The notes below the pieces were generated by a model. The model made no database searches. It had not been told where the DNA came from and saw only the letters and a program-made list of their open reading frames with translations. A DNA stretch of 64,000 nucleotides from a virus. Lineage: Duplodnaviria > Heunggongvirae > Uroviricota > Caudoviricetes. Every line of letters begins with the position of its first letter. The first letter of the stretch is position 1. The translations under genes and the position numbers were made by a program. Positions 50,578-59,852 of this stretch are shown in pieces. The stretch is from positions 1-64,000 of IMG/VR virus record IMGVR_UViG_2513237141_000003. One strand, written 5' to 3'.

Positions 50578-50843
50578 GCGATCAGCTCGCGATCTCCCGC
50601 GCGGAGGTGAAAGCGCTGTTCAGTCGCTTCGTCGCCGAGCTTGAGGCCATCCCCTCGTTGATCGCGCCGCTTGTCGTGCGCGAGGGCGACACGCCCAACA
50701 GCATCATCGTCGAGAACTTCCCGCAGCCGATCCAGCGCGAATACACCGTTCGACTGAGGGGGTTGACCCAGGACCAGGTCGCCTCGCTGATGGACATCGC
50801 CAAGGACTTCCGCGACGTCACGGTGACGGAGATCAAGCCGTGA
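50574..50843 (+). CDS. hypothetical protein
   Basis: GTGA overlap. Confidence 0.45.
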   Translation: MSDQLAISRAEVKALFSRFVAELEAIPSLIAPLVVREGDTPNSIIVENFPQPIQREYTVRLRGLTQDQVASLMDIAKDFRDVTVTEIKP

Positions 50844-51121
50844 CCGACATCGCCCCCGAGTTCGAAGTCGTGAACGAGGACGTCCCGGTCTCGAAGGTCG
50901 TGACCATGCCGCACCAGTACATGGCGATCTACGCCAACCCGGTGTCGAACTGGTGGGCGGCGGCTGATACGCGCGAGAAAGCGCGCGCTGCTTTCGATCG
51001 CTTCATGGCCCATGGCGCGCAGAAGCCACTCTACCGGGTCTATACGTTCTGGGATGCGGAGAAGCTTGCCAAGATCGCTGCGTTTCTGGAGATGCCGTCA
51101 CCAAGCGGGATGATCCACTGA
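50840..51121 (+). CDS. hypothetical protein
   Basis: GTGA overlap. Confidence 0.45.
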   Translation: MTDIAPEFEVVNEDVPVSKVVTMPHQYMAIYANPVSNWWAAADTREKARAAFDRFMAHGAQKPLYRVYTFWDAEKLAKIAAFLEMPSPSGMIH

Positions 51122-51531
51122 TGGGCTCCTGGCCGCTTGACGAGCTGTCCCGGCTACGGATTGAAGTCGAGGCCTTACGCGATCGTGTCGCGCAGCTTGA
51201 GGGCATCATCGGCATCGGCGTCGACGAGCTTGGCCTGCTCAAGCGGGTGATCCCTGACATCACCGTCATGGAGAGCAAGATCCTCAACATGGTTCGCGCC
51301 CGCGGCGCGGTCCCGCGCGGGGTGCTCTATGACGCGCTGTATGCCGCGCGCCCTGACTGTGATCAGCCCGGTGGCAAGGGCATCGAGGTGGCCATGATGC
51401 GGGTCCGGCGCAAGATTGCGCCGCTCGGGCTCACCATCACGACCTACTGCGGCAGCGGCTACGTCATGGCCGAGGCCGACCGCAAGCGCCTTACCTCGAT
51501 GATGCAGGTTCCCCAAGAGGTCGCGGCATGA
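51121..51531 (+). CDS. winged-helix (OmpR/PhoB-type trans_reg_C-like) DNA-binding regulator with N-terminal coiled coil
   Basis: C-terminal ..ESKILNMVRARGAVPRGVLYDALY....VAMMRVRRKI pattern. Confidence 0.6.
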   Translation: MGSWPLDELSRLRIEVEALRDRVAQLEGIIGIGVDELGLLKRVIPDITVMESKILNMVRARGAVPRGVLYDALYAARPDCDQPGGKGIEVAMMRVRRKIAPLGLTITTYCGSGYVMAEADRKRLTSMMQVPQEVAA

Positions 51532-51626
51532 GCACCGACCACATCATCGCCTATCTCGGCTTTGCGGCATTCATGACCGTGTGGGTCTGCGTCTCGCTGC
51601 CGCGGAAGTTTCGGCGGCGGCGCTGA
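51528..51626 (+). CDS. 32-aa TM micro-peptide (holin-like?)
   Basis: ATGA overlap; MSTDHIIAYLGFAAFMTVWVCVSLPRKFRRRR. Confidence 0.35.
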   Translation: MSTDHIIAYLGFAAFMTVWVCVSLPRKFRRRR

Positions 51627-51630
51627 CGTG

Positions 51631-51726
51631 ATGATCCCCGAGATGAACCAGTGGCGTCGCTACGACAACGTGCTGCTGCTGGCGATCCTTGTGGTCGAGA
51701 TTATCGACCTGTTCCACCGATGGTAA
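51631..51726 (+). CDS. 31-aa TM micro-peptide
   Basis: MIPEMNQWRRYDNVLLLAILVVEIIDLFHRW. Confidence 0.35.
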   Translation: MIPEMNQWRRYDNVLLLAILVVEIIDLFHRW

Positions 51727-51908
51727 GCAACGTCGTCAGCCTCGAAGCGGCCCGCAACAAGCGGGCGGCCAACGCGCTGGAGCGGCACTTCGGTGTGCCG
51801 GCCGAGGCCAACGGCGTCGGCGGCGACATGTGGTCCGAGCGCCACGGGCACGACCTCTACGCCTTTGCCAAGACGGGCGCGCCGCCCGAGCAGCCATTCT
51901 CGGATTGA
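51720..51908 (+). CDS. hypothetical protein
   Basis: ATGGTAA overlap. Confidence 0.35.
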   Translation: MVSNVVSLEAARNKRAANALERHFGVPAEANGVGGDMWSERHGHDLYAFAKTGAPPEQPFSD

Positions 51909-51913
51909 GCGCC

Positions 51914-52441
51914 ATGACCCATCACCACCCGAAGCATCCAGAGCACCGCCGAGAAGAGGACAAGGTCCTTTCCGACAGCGCCGCGGCCTGGATATTCTGG
52001 GTGTGGGTGCTGCTGGCAATTGCCGTGATCTGCGCCGCCGTCGCCTTGCGAAGCGTGCAGCACGCGCACCGGCCGCAGGTCGATGTCGCGGTTCATGAGA
52101 CTGCTCCTGCACCCAAGACCCACGAGATCGAGCTGCCATCCGCGCCAGAGCCAGCGACCGTTGATCTGTCGGATCTGAAGCCCGCGATTGATATGCCCGT
52201 CACGTTGCCTGCGCCGCGCGTGGATGAGCGCGCTGCGATCAAGCCGCACGTTGATGCCCATGCTTCGATCGCGCATCACGCGGCTCCGCAAAGCCACCGG
52301 CGGCACGCGCGCCATCGGCATTCCCGACATCATCATCCCGCGTCCCGCGTCTGCCTCTCCCCAGGCTACTTCGGCCGCGAGCGCGACTTCGTGGCCTGCT
52401 TCACGTTCGATGCGGCCGACGTCGGCGGCATGGTTCGCTAA
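51914..52441 (+). CDS. membrane protein with His-rich C-terminus
   Basis: TM helix WIFWVWVLLAIAVICAAVAL. Confidence 0.5.
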   Translation: MTHHHPKHPEHRREEDKVLSDSAAAWIFWVWVLLAIAVICAAVALRSVQHAHRPQVDVAVHETAPAPKTHEIELPSAPEPATVDLSDLKPAIDMPVTLPAPRVDERAAIKPHVDAHASIAHHAAPQSHRRHARHRHSRHHHPASRVCLSPGYFGRERDFVACFTFDAADVGGMVR

Positions 52442-52677
52442 CGAGTTCTGTTTCACCAATCGGCCTTGGGGAGAGCAGCGCGCCGATCGAGGTTGAGCCA
52501 CGCTCCCTCGTGCCCTCGTCGACAGGGTTGGGGAACCTGGTCTTCGTAAACAGCGCAACCTTTTCGCGGTGGTGATTTCCATCGCGCTCCTTTCAGCCCG
52601 CAAGCCGCTGTCATTGCTCGGCTTTGGGTTGATTTCCTCCCCACCATCTCCATCCACCACCAAGAGGCATCTCCCCA

Positions 52678-53013
52678 ATGCTTCCGACCGATACAGTTAT
52701 CATCGTCAACGACTCCTACGCCCGCCCCGAGCGGGCGCGCGCCTATCAGATCGACCGCTTCAAGGCGAAGCTCACCGGCGCCGAAGAACGCAAGGCCAAG
52801 GCCCAGGCCAAGCGCGATCGCAAGAACGAGAAGCGTGTTCGGGACGCCTATCGCTCCGAGATCGGCCAGCGCCTCGCCCGCGAACAGCTCGACGGCTCAT
52901 ACGTCCTGAGCACGAGCATCAGCTCCGTGGCGGTCGAGGCTTTCTTCCCGGAGACGCCGTTCAACAAGCTGCTGGCCGGCGTCGATTATGGCGCGGGCGA
53001 GGTGCTGGCATGA
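52678..53013 (+). CDS. hypothetical basic protein
   Basis: ORF after a 240-bp intergenic region. Confidence 0.5.
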   Translation: MLPTDTVIIVNDSYARPERARAYQIDRFKAKLTGAEERKAKAQAKRDRKNEKRVRDAYRSEIGQRLAREQLDGSYVLSTSISSVAVEAFFPETPFNKLLAGVDYGAGEVLA

Positions 53014-53117
53014 GCAGCGACAATGCGCTCGCCTGGCTCGGCATCGCCATGATTGCCGCCGGCTCCGCCATGCTGAGCTGGGCCCTCCACGATGTCCTCG
53101 TGAGGGCCTGCTCATGA
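53010..53117 (+). CDS. 35-aa TM micro-peptide
   Basis: ATGA overlap; MSSDNALAWLGIAMIAAGSAMLSWALHDVLVRACS. Confidence 0.35.
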   Translation: MSSDNALAWLGIAMIAAGSAMLSWALHDVLVRACS

Positions 53118-53416
53118 CCACGTTCTATCTGAAGAGCGACTGCGTCGAGGCCCGCCGGTTCGAGACCAACAACGAGCCCGACGACAAGAACATGAACGAC
53201 ATCTGCATCTGGGCCAACCAGGGCAGGTACGATCCCGAGTGGCACTGCTGGCACAACGGCACCGACATCTGTGTGATGAAGAAAGGCGGCTCCGAACGCG
53301 CCGTCGTCGGCGACTGGATCGTGCGCGACGGTGACGGCAAGATCTGGGTGGTGAAGGACGGGATCTTTCGCAAGCGCTACGGCGTGCTTCCCTTGGTGAA
53401 AGGGGAGGGCGCATGA
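53114..53416 (+). CDS. hypothetical protein
   Basis: ATGA overlap. Confidence 0.45.
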   Translation: MTTFYLKSDCVEARRFETNNEPDDKNMNDICIWANQGRYDPEWHCWHNGTDICVMKKGGSERAVVGDWIVRDGDGKIWVVKDGIFRKRYGVLPLVKGEGA

Positions 53417-53649
53417 ACATCACCCTCATCGTCACCCTCTGCCACACGCTGGCAGTGGCTTCCCCCACCTCGACCTGCCGCCAAGAGGTTATCGCCCAGA
53501 GCGATACCATCGGGCTCCTGGGCTGCGGCGTCGCTGCCCAGCCCATCGTTGCCGAGTGGAAGGCGCAGACGATCTATCGCGATCCCGAGTGGAAGGTCGC
53601 CTCGATCAAATGCGCGATCGGCAACGTCGCACCCAAGGGGGCGATATGA
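53413..53649 (+). CDS. small secreted protein
   Basis: signal-like N-terminus. Confidence 0.45.
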   Translation: MNITLIVTLCHTLAVASPTSTCRQEVIAQSDTIGLLGCGVAAQPIVAEWKAQTIYRDPEWKVASIKCAIGNVAPKGAI

Positions 53650-53945
53650 AGACGCCGGTCTTCTTCACCGACTGGGATCGTGAGCAGCACGAGAAGCTCG
53701 TCGCGATCGAGGCTCTCGCCGCCGGTCCCAATGACGTCGCCCGCGTCCATGAGGAAGTCTGGGATATCAACAAACTCCGCGAGACCGACGGCAAGCGTCG
53801 GCTCTCGCCGGTCAAGTCCTATCGGATTGGCGTCGCCAAGATCCCCCATATGACCTATCGCCAGACGCATTGGTCGCTCCCGGCGCACGACCTTCCCCAC
53901 AATCGCAAGCGCAAGCCCGTCCGCAAGGGGAGGGCGCGCCCATGA
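53646..53945 (+). CDS. hypothetical protein
   Basis: ATGA overlap. Confidence 0.45.
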   Translation: MKTPVFFTDWDREQHEKLVAIEALAAGPNDVARVHEEVWDINKLRETDGKRRLSPVKSYRIGVAKIPHMTYRQTHWSLPAHDLPHNRKRKPVRKGRARP

Positions 53946-54151
53946 GCATCAAGACCATCCCGGCCCAGCACTGGATCATGTGCGACCGCTGCGATCTCGA
54001 GACGCCGATCGGTAGCCCGATGATCGTCCCGAGCGATTGGATGACGATCGACGCTTACTGCGAGCGGCGCGGCATGTCGCGCAAATACGCGCTCTGTTCT
54101 GCCTGCATGCAGATCTTCGATGCCTTCTTCGAGAGGCTGCGCAAGTCATGA
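53942..54151 (+). CDS. zinc-ribbon-like protein
   Basis: CDRCD...CSAC. Confidence 0.45.
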   Translation: MSIKTIPAQHWIMCDRCDLETPIGSPMIVPSDWMTIDAYCERRGMSRKYALCSACMQIFDAFFERLRKS

Positions 54152-54345
54152 TCACCGCAGCCCAGTCCGCCAACCTCCACGTCGGCCAGACGGTGATCAC
54201 CCATCACCTGAGCCGCCCCGGCACCATCACCAAGATCTTCACGCCGGCCGATGGCCAGCGTGTCATCGAGCTCGATGTCCCCGCGAGCGAGGGCCGCACC
54301 TTCAAGGTCTGGGTCGGGCCTACGCAGATCGACGAGGTACTGTGA
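54148..54345 (+). CDS. hypothetical protein
   Basis: ATGA overlap. Confidence 0.45.
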   Translation: MITAAQSANLHVGQTVITHHLSRPGTITKIFTPADGQRVIELDVPASEGRTFKVWVGPTQIDEVL

Positions 54346-54479
54346 TGAACCTCGGTCCCGTCAACAGGCATTGGATCTCTGTCGCGCTGGCGCTCGCCGC
54401 CGGCGCCATCGCCTGCTCCGGCCATGAAGGCTGGGGCTGGTGCCTGCTCATGATCGTTGTGATCGAGGAGGCCTGGTGA
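54345..54479 (+). CDS. 44-aa TM micro-peptide
   Basis: overlapping start. Confidence 0.35.
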   Translation: MNLGPVNRHWISVALALAAGAIACSGHEGWGWCLLMIVVIEEAW

Positions 54480-54766
54480 GCATCCATCGCCCCACGAAGC
54501 CACAGCGGGAGCGGGCTGAGTTCATTCCCGCCTGCCGCGAGCACCACACCGTCGGCCGCCGCGTGCAGGTCTTAGGGAAGGGCTCCAACAACGTCATCGG
54601 CACGGTGTTCTCCTTCGTCGAGGCCTCGGAGGACAAGCCGGTCCCGCGGCGCATCAAGCGCTCCCGTTACGAGGAGGCTGAGCTTTCGCCGCTCACCAAG
54701 AGCTTCTACTGCGTAGTCGACGACCAGGGCCGCAGTCACTACGCGGAAGAGGTGTTCTTCCTGTGA
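54476..54766 (+). CDS. hypothetical protein
   Basis: GTGA overlap. Confidence 0.45.
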   Translation: MSIHRPTKPQRERAEFIPACREHHTVGRRVQVLGKGSNNVIGTVFSFVEASEDKPVPRRIKRSRYEEAELSPLTKSFYCVVDDQGRSHYAEEVFFL

Positions 54767-55080
54767 TCGATTACCGGGTCGGCGATCGCGTCCGTTACGA
54801 CGGTGACCGCATCGGCACGGTGACCCGCGTCGACCACTGGACTCACACCGTCCGCATCGACGACCAGTTCTGGCTCTTCTACGGCCAGGTCGAGAAGCTG
54901 ACATACCCATTCGATCTCGGCCAGCGCGTCCGCTTCCAGACTGTTCAGGCGGCCGCCACCGGCAAGATCACCCACCTGTTCACCACGAACGGGAGCCGGC
55001 AGTACGCGATCGTCGAGGACGATCACGTCTCGCTGCCGCATCTCTGTCCCCTCAGCGATGTCGAGGCATTGCCTGCATGA
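54763..55080 (+). CDS. hypothetical protein
   Basis: GTGA overlap. Confidence 0.45.
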   Translation: MIDYRVGDRVRYDGDRIGTVTRVDHWTHTVRIDDQFWLFYGQVEKLTYPFDLGQRVRFQTVQAAATGKITHLFTTNGSRQYAIVEDDHVSLPHLCPLSDVEALPA

Positions 55081-55337
55081 GTTCTTGGTCCGAGCCCAGC
55101 GACTGGCGCTTTGCCAGATCGTACGAACCGCGTTCCTATGGCGAGAGCGATCACACACGGCGCCCGGCGCCAGAGATGATCGAGGATGCGCGGCGGCGCA
55201 ACGCCGCGCCACGCCCGCTCACCTCTTGGCTGATGGGAGATCCTCCTCCCGGCCAGAGCGCACTCGACAAGCGCAACCACTCCCCAGCTCTATCCCCACG
55301 AGGCATCACGTTATGCGAAACCTTGCCGTCGCCCTGA
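55077..55337 (+). CDS. hypothetical protein
   Basis: ATGA overlap; overlaps the next gene. Confidence 0.35.
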   Translation: MSSWSEPSDWRFARSYEPRSYGESDHTRRPAPEMIEDARRRNAAPRPLTSWLMGDPPPGQSALDKRNHSPALSPRGITLCETLPSP

Positions 55338-55888
55338 CCGCGCTCACGCTCTTGCTGCCGGGCTCCGCCCTCGCGCAAGGCAAGAAGATTGCGGCCGCTC
55401 CTGCTGCCGACACCTCGACCCCGACCACCCCCACCAAGGCCTGTCCTTTCCCGTGGGACCCGATGAAGCTCTGCGGGCTACTGACCGGCGACCCCAAGAC
55501 CGACTTCGACCGCGTGCTCGCCCGCATCAAGGCCGTTTCCAAGGACGACCTCACTTACGCCCTTGCCAAGGCCAACAACGTCGGCTCCAACGGCAGCAAG
55601 ATCCGCGCCCAGTGCATCCAGGCCATCATCGACGCCAAGACGGCGTTCGACGGCGACGACATCAAGGATGCCACCGGCGCCGTGATGAAGCGGCCAGATC
55701 CTGCCCTGGTCACGGCGATCGAGGACACGGCCGAGCTGGTCGATGGTCTTTCGCCGCAGGGCGCACTCATGACCAACTGCGCGGGCGCGGCGCAACTGAT
55801 GCAGACCAACACGCTGCAGGCCGTCAACGGCATCGTCACCGGCGCCACCGCGCTCGTTGCCAAGACAGCGATCACGGGCGTGCCGTAG
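55313..55888 (+). CDS. secreted hypothetical protein
   Basis: signal peptide LTALTLLLPGSALAQG. Confidence 0.55.
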   Translation: MRNLAVALTALTLLLPGSALAQGKKIAAAPAADTSTPTTPTKACPFPWDPMKLCGLLTGDPKTDFDRVLARIKAVSKDDLTYALAKANNVGSNGSKIRAQCIQAIIDAKTAFDGDDIKDATGAVMKRPDPALVTAIEDTAELVDGLSPQGALMTNCAGAAQLMQTNTLQAVNGIVTGATALVAKTAITGVP

Positions 55889-56109
55889 TGTTCAACCTCG
55901 GGGCGCATCTAGAGCGCATTGCGGTCCAATTTCTCAAGCGTCGTGGGCGATTCATCCTGCCGCGGGTATTCGTCGGCATTGCGGTCGGCTATGCCACGGT
56001 GCTGCGCGAGAAGGTCGGTGACGGCGCCGTCTATTACATCTACATGCCGCCCGGTCACGAGCTGATGGCGCTCAATCACACGACGGTCATCGATAAGGAC
56101 CCGTCGTAA
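55888..56109 (+). CDS. hypothetical protein
   Basis: GTG in TAGTG overlap. Confidence 0.3.
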   Translation: MFNLGAHLERIAVQFLKRRGRFILPRVFVGIAVGYATVLREKVGDGAVYYIYMPPGHELMALNHTTVIDKDPS

Positions 56110-56306
56110 TGCGTTGGATCAACGGCACCATCGCCAATCAAGAGCGCAGCCCGCGCGGCTTCGGCGGCGAGGGCGTTGTCCGCTCCTACGTCGAGAGCCG
56201 ATCCGCGCGTGATGCGCGCACCGGCGTCGAGAAGGATCTCGATGCGACGCTCGGCGGTGAGCTTGACGACTTCATGCTTGCGGCGCTATCGAAGAGGTTA
56301 TGGTAA
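56109..56306 (+). CDS. hypothetical protein
   Basis: TAATG overlap. Confidence 0.45.
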   Translation: MRWINGTIANQERSPRGFGGEGVVRSYVESRSARDARTGVEKDLDATLGGELDDFMLAALSKRLW

Positions 56307-56545
56307 GACCTCCCGACGGATACGAGTGGATGCACGAGAGCGATCCTCCCGCGGCCAAGCGCGACGTTTGGTTCGTCGATCCCTTGCTTGTCACCGGCGT
56401 AGAACTCGATCTGATGATCAAAGCCTTCGGCCTCGCGCCGCGCACCATCGGCAACGATGGCCAGCCGACAGCGGCTCCGCTGTCGGATCATGAACTACGT
56501 CAGCGTTTTATAGACTTTGCGCTCAAGCGCCCATCGAAGGACTAA
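56300..56545 (+). CDS. hypothetical protein
   Basis: overlapping start. Confidence 0.45.
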   Translation: MVRPPDGYEWMHESDPPAAKRDVWFVDPLLVTGVELDLMIKAFGLAPRTIGNDGQPTAAPLSDHELRQRFIDFALKRPSKD

Positions 56546-56606
56546 ACCGTGACCTTCAACCAACAGAGCTATCCATACCCGCGACCCTATTGAGGGTCGT
56601 CGTGTG

Positions 56607-56682
56607 TCTGGACGTAGCGCAGTTGGTAGCGTACCGCACTTGGAATGCGGGGGTCGTCGGTTCGAGCCCGACCGTCCAGACC
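56607..56682 (+). tRNA. tRNA-Pro (TGG)
   Basis: cloverleaf; acceptor ctggacg/cgtccag; anticodon loop cuUGGaa; CCA encoded. Confidence 0.8.
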
Positions 56683-56684
56683 AA

Positions 56685-56772
56685 TCCGTGAGTGCCGGAG
56701 TGGTCAATCGGGGCGGGCTGTAAACCCGCCGGCTTTCGGGCCTTCGCTAGTTCAAATCTAGCCTCACGGACC
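56685..56772 (+). tRNA. tRNA-Tyr (GTA), long variable arm
   Basis: acceptor ccgtgag/ctcacgg; loop cuGUAaa; CCA. Confidence 0.8.
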
Positions 56773-56775
56773 AAT

Positions 56776-56851
56776 TACCCGCTTGGTCCAGTGGTCTAAG
56801 ACGTCGGACTTTGACTCCGAAGACAGTCGTTCAAATCGACTAGCGGGTGCC
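56776..56851 (+). tRNA. tRNA-Gln (TTG)
   Basis: acceptor acccgct/agcgggt; loop cuUUGac; CCA. Confidence 0.75.
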
Positions 56852-56894
56852 AAGAGATTGACCAGCCGCAGGTTGATCGGCTATCAGGCTGGGC

Positions 56895-57401
56895 ATGACC
56901 CTTGCCAAGGCTTCCCTCGTTGTAGCAGTCCTCATCGCCGCCGCGTCCAGCGCAGCCGGCGAGGGGCAGCCTATTACGGAGGCCATGAAGCCGGTCATGG
57001 CCGCAGCCCGCATCTTTGCGCTCGAAAACCACCTCCACGGCGACATCGCTGTTGCCGATGAGGACGAGGGCCACATCGGCCGCAGTTTCGAGGTCAACCA
57101 CGCCCCGGGCGAAGCCTGCACCTTCACGATGCGGCGCCGCGGCGGGCCAGTGATCGAGACGATCAGCTTCGATCGTCTGTCCGGTGAATATCACGCCTGG
57201 CCGCAGCACGGTTATGCGCGGCTCGCCATTTCAGGCCAGCCTGGCGCTCAGTGCGAGGTCAGCGGCGGCGTCAAGCGCTGCTCGCCCAACCTGGATATGC
57301 TGCTGATGGTCGAAGGCTCGCCGAGCGAGCTCGACCTGGCGCGGCGCGCGCTGGATTACATCTTCGAGAACGTGTGCCGTCCGGCACAACTGCCATTCTG
57401 A
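56895..57401 (+). CDS. secreted hypothetical protein inside the tRNA island
   Basis: signal peptide; 168 aa. Confidence 0.5.
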   Translation: MTLAKASLVVAVLIAAASSAAGEGQPITEAMKPVMAAARIFALENHLHGDIAVADEDEGHIGRSFEVNHAPGEACTFTMRRRGGPVIETISFDRLSGEYHAWPQHGYARLAISGQPGAQCEVSGGVKRCSPNLDMLLMVEGSPSELDLARRALDYIFENVCRPAQLPF

Positions 57402-57493
57402 AAGCTCAAGGTCACACCATGTCGTCGTTTAGTCACTCATCACATATCGCCGGAAGGGTGACGCGGTAACACGACCGCCGCCCTTCCTGTTTG

Positions 57494-57579
57494 CGGAGGG
57501 TGGCGCCCATGGTGGGCAAACAGTCTCGAAAACTGCGCCCCGGTCTCCCGGTGATGGTTCGAATCCTTCACCCTCCGCC
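57494..57579 (+). tRNA. tRNA-Ser (CGA), long variable arm
   Basis: acceptor ggagggt/accctcc, G73, CCA; loop cuCGAaa; coordinates +/-2. Confidence 0.7.
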
Positions 57580-57580
57580 A

Positions 57581-57656
57581 CGCCGAGGTAGCTCAGCTGG
57601 TAGAGCGGCGCGTTGAAAGCGCGCGCGTCGGAGGTTCGAACCCTTCCCTCGGCACC
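57581..57656 (+). tRNA. tRNA-Phe (GAA)
   Basis: acceptor gccgagg/cctcggc; loop uuGAAag; CCA. Confidence 0.8.
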
Positions 57657-57670
57657 AACTCTTCCCAAGG

Positions 57671-57746
57671 TGCCGGCTTAGTTCAATTGGTTAGAACGCT
57701 CGATTGTGGCTCGGGAAATCGCGGTTCGAGCCCGCGGGCTGGTACC
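57671..57746 (+). tRNA. tRNA-His (GTG), alpha-proteobacterial type (no G-1, A73)
   Basis: D/anticodon/T arms canonical; loop uuGUGgc; acceptor has three G-U pairs. Confidence 0.6.
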
Positions 57747-57785
57747 AACTTTCGCGGACTCGAACGGTGTGCTAAGGCGCACGCC

Positions 57786-57977
57786 ATGACCTTCGAGGAT
57801 GAGCTCACCGCACTGCTCATGAAGTATCTCGGTCCAGACGCGCGCCCGCGAGACTGGTACCGGATCGGCGGGGAACTGGAAACCGCGTTGCACTGGGTGG
57901 ACTCGCGGTCGTCGGCTAGGTTTACTCCAGAGGAGTTTGACGCCGATCTTGAAGCCGACGAGGCGGAGAGGGAGTGA
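57786..57977 (+). CDS. hypothetical acidic protein (64 aa) between tRNAs
   Basis: ORF MTFEDELTALL... Confidence 0.4.
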   Translation: MTFEDELTALLMKYLGPDARPRDWYRIGGELETALHWVDSRSSARFTPEEFDADLEADEAERE

Positions 57978-57982
57978 ATTTC

Positions 57983-58056
57983 GACGATGTGGCCGAGTGA
58001 TGAGGCAGACGGCTGCAACCCGTCTCACGTTGGTTCGATTCCATCCATCGTCTCCA
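57983..58056 (+). tRNA. tRNA-Cys (GCA)
   Basis: acceptor gacgatg/catcgtc; loop cuGCAac; CCA. Confidence 0.75.
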
Positions 58057-58254
58057 ATTCCGAGACCTCGGTAACTCCATCCCGCCAGATGATCACTGGC
58101 GCGGCCTGGCTCGAGGTGCGGATGCTCGCAAGGTAGACGGCGTCGCGGCTTGCGGCCTGCGGCGCCCGTGTCCATGGCTTGTCCCGTCCCGCCTTGCGTT
58201 TAGGTCTCTGCGTCGTCCGCTAGCGGCGCTCCGGCTAACGGGAAAAAGTTTCGT

Positions 58255-58330
58255 TGGGTTGTAGCTCAGTCGGTAGAGCAGGCGGCTGTTAACCGCCGCG
58301 TCGCTGGTTCGAATCCAGCCTTCCCAGCCA
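58255..58330 (+). tRNA. tRNA-Asn (GTT) with two U-U mismatches in the acceptor stem
   Basis: D, anticodon (cuGUUaa) and T arms canonical; CCA present; pairs 5-68 and 6-67 mismatched. Confidence 0.55.
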
Positions 58331-58331
58331 A

Positions 58332-58406
58332 GCCGGGGTAGCTCAGCGGTAGAGCAGCGACTTTGTAAGTCGACGGTCGTCGGTTCAAATCCCTCTCTCG
58401 GCACCA
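58332..58406 (+). tRNA. tRNA-Thr (TGT)-like, non-canonical T-stem (possible pseudo-tRNA)
   Basis: acceptor gccgggg/tctcggc (2 G-U); loop uuUGUaa; T-stem has two central mismatches. Confidence 0.45.
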
Positions 58407-58444
58407 ATTTCCTTCCCCATCTTCCCCAACAGACGAGTCCCCAC

Positions 58445-59749
58445 ATGCCTGATATCGGCGAGCGCAAGCTCGCGACGATCCGTCGCGTCTCGAAGATCGA
58501 CCCCATCGAGGGTGCTGACCGCATCGTCAAGGCCACCATCGACGGCTGGGAGCTGGTCACCCAGAAGACCAACTACCAGGTCGGCGATCTCTGCCTCTAC
58601 TTCGAGATCGACAGTTTCTTGCCGGTGCGGCCAGAGTTCGAGTTCCTGCGCGACAAGTGCTTCAAGTCGGTTGCAGGCCTTGGTGACGGCTTCCGCATCA
58701 AGACCATGAAGATGAAGGGCGTGGTGTCGCAGGGGCTTAGCCTGCCGCTGTCGGACTTCTTCGATAAGGAAGATGACGGCCGCTACTTCTACATCGCCCC
58801 GGAGACCAAATGGGAGCGTGAACGCCTCGAACGTCGTGAATGGGTCGAGCCGACCCGGGTCTTCCTTGAGGAGGGCATGGACGTCACCGACTACCTCGGC
58901 GTCAAGAAGTATGAAAAGCCGGCCGCCGGTAATGGCGGCGGGTCGAAGCTTGGCCCGACGCATGCCCGCGGCGGCTTCCCCGACTTCCTGCAAAAGACCG
59001 ATCAGGAGCGCATCCAGAACTGTCTGAGCGGTGTGCTGAAATGGATCTATTACGGAGCACCCGTCGTCACCGAGGTGTTTAATCCCGTAGTCATCGAAAA
59101 CCTGAACCTGGGTCGGGTCGAGAACAGCGCGGAGTCTTACTACTTCAAGTCCGGCGACCAGTGGTTCCACAAGGCTGCGGTCCGCAACGATGATGAGACC
59201 ATCGCCAAGCGCCAGCAGTTCGAAGTGACGCTGAAGCTCGATGGATCGTCGATGACGGTCTATCACAACGACTACAGCTACGGCGTCTGCTCGCGAAACT
59301 TCGACCTCAAGCGGGACGAGGCGTCGCTATTCTGGCAGCAGGCCGCCGATGGGATCATCGCGGCGTTGGTTGTCGTCGGCAAGAACGTGGCGCTCCAAGG
59401 CGAGCTGATGGGCCCCGGCATTCAGGGTAACCGCGAAGGATTCGCCACTAACCAGTTCTTCGCCTTCGACGTCTATGACATCGATCAGTCGAGGTACATG
59501 ACGCCGGATGAGCGGTTCGGCTTCCTGCGCAATCTGCAGGGCATTGGCTGCGGCATCCAGCACGCGCCGGCACTCGCTCATGACTACGTGCTCACCGAGA
59601 CGACAACGGTGAATGATCTGCTCAAGATCGCGGATCGGGCCAGCTTCAACAACCCGATCGCTGAAGGTGTCGTGTTCAAGTCCCTCGTCGCCGGCGGACC
59701 GACCTTCAAGGTGATCAACAACAAGTTCCTGTTGGCTGAGAAGGACTGA
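58445..59749 (+). CDS. ATP-dependent RNA ligase (Rnl-like nucleotidyltransferase) with N-terminal OB-like domain
   Basis: KxDG motif I (VTLKLDGSS); covalent nucleotidyltransferase layout; embedded in the tRNA island. Confidence 0.75.
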   Translation: MPDIGERKLATIRRVSKIDPIEGADRIVKATIDGWELVTQKTNYQVGDLCLYFEIDSFLPVRPEFEFLRDKCFKSVAGLGDGFRIKTMKMKGVVSQGLSLPLSDFFDKEDDGRYFYIAPETKWERERLERREWVEPTRVFLEEGMDVTDYLGVKKYEKPAAGNGGGSKLGPTHARGGFPDFLQKTDQERIQNCLSGVLKWIYYGAPVVTEVFNPVVIENLNLGRVENSAESYYFKSGDQWFHKAAVRNDDETIAKRQQFEVTLKLDGSSMTVYHNDYSYGVCSRNFDLKRDEASLFWQQAADGIIAALVVVGKNVALQGELMGPGIQGNREGFATNQFFAFDVYDIDQSRYMTPDERFGFLRNLQGIGCGIQHAPALAHDYVLTETTTVNDLLKIADRASFNNPIAEGVVFKSLVAGGPTFKVINNKFLLAEKD

Positions 59750-59761
59750 ATACACTTTCAT

Positions 59762-59836
59762 TGCAGGGTGGAGCAGCGGTAGCTCGGCGCGCTCATAACG
59801 CGTAGGTCGCCGGTTCGATCCCGGCCTCTGCAACCA
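59762..59836 (+). tRNA. tRNA-Met/Ile2 (CAT), elongator-type
   Basis: acceptor tgcaggg/ctctgca, with 1-72 paired; loop cuCAUaa; CCA. Confidence 0.75.
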
Positions 59837-59852
59837 ACTTCCAAGAGGTCAC

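Noticed and set aside
57429-58572. Minus-strand ORFs overlapping the tRNA genes (57429-57668, 57678-58175, 58093-58572)
   Set aside because: They run antisense across tRNA genes; artefacts.
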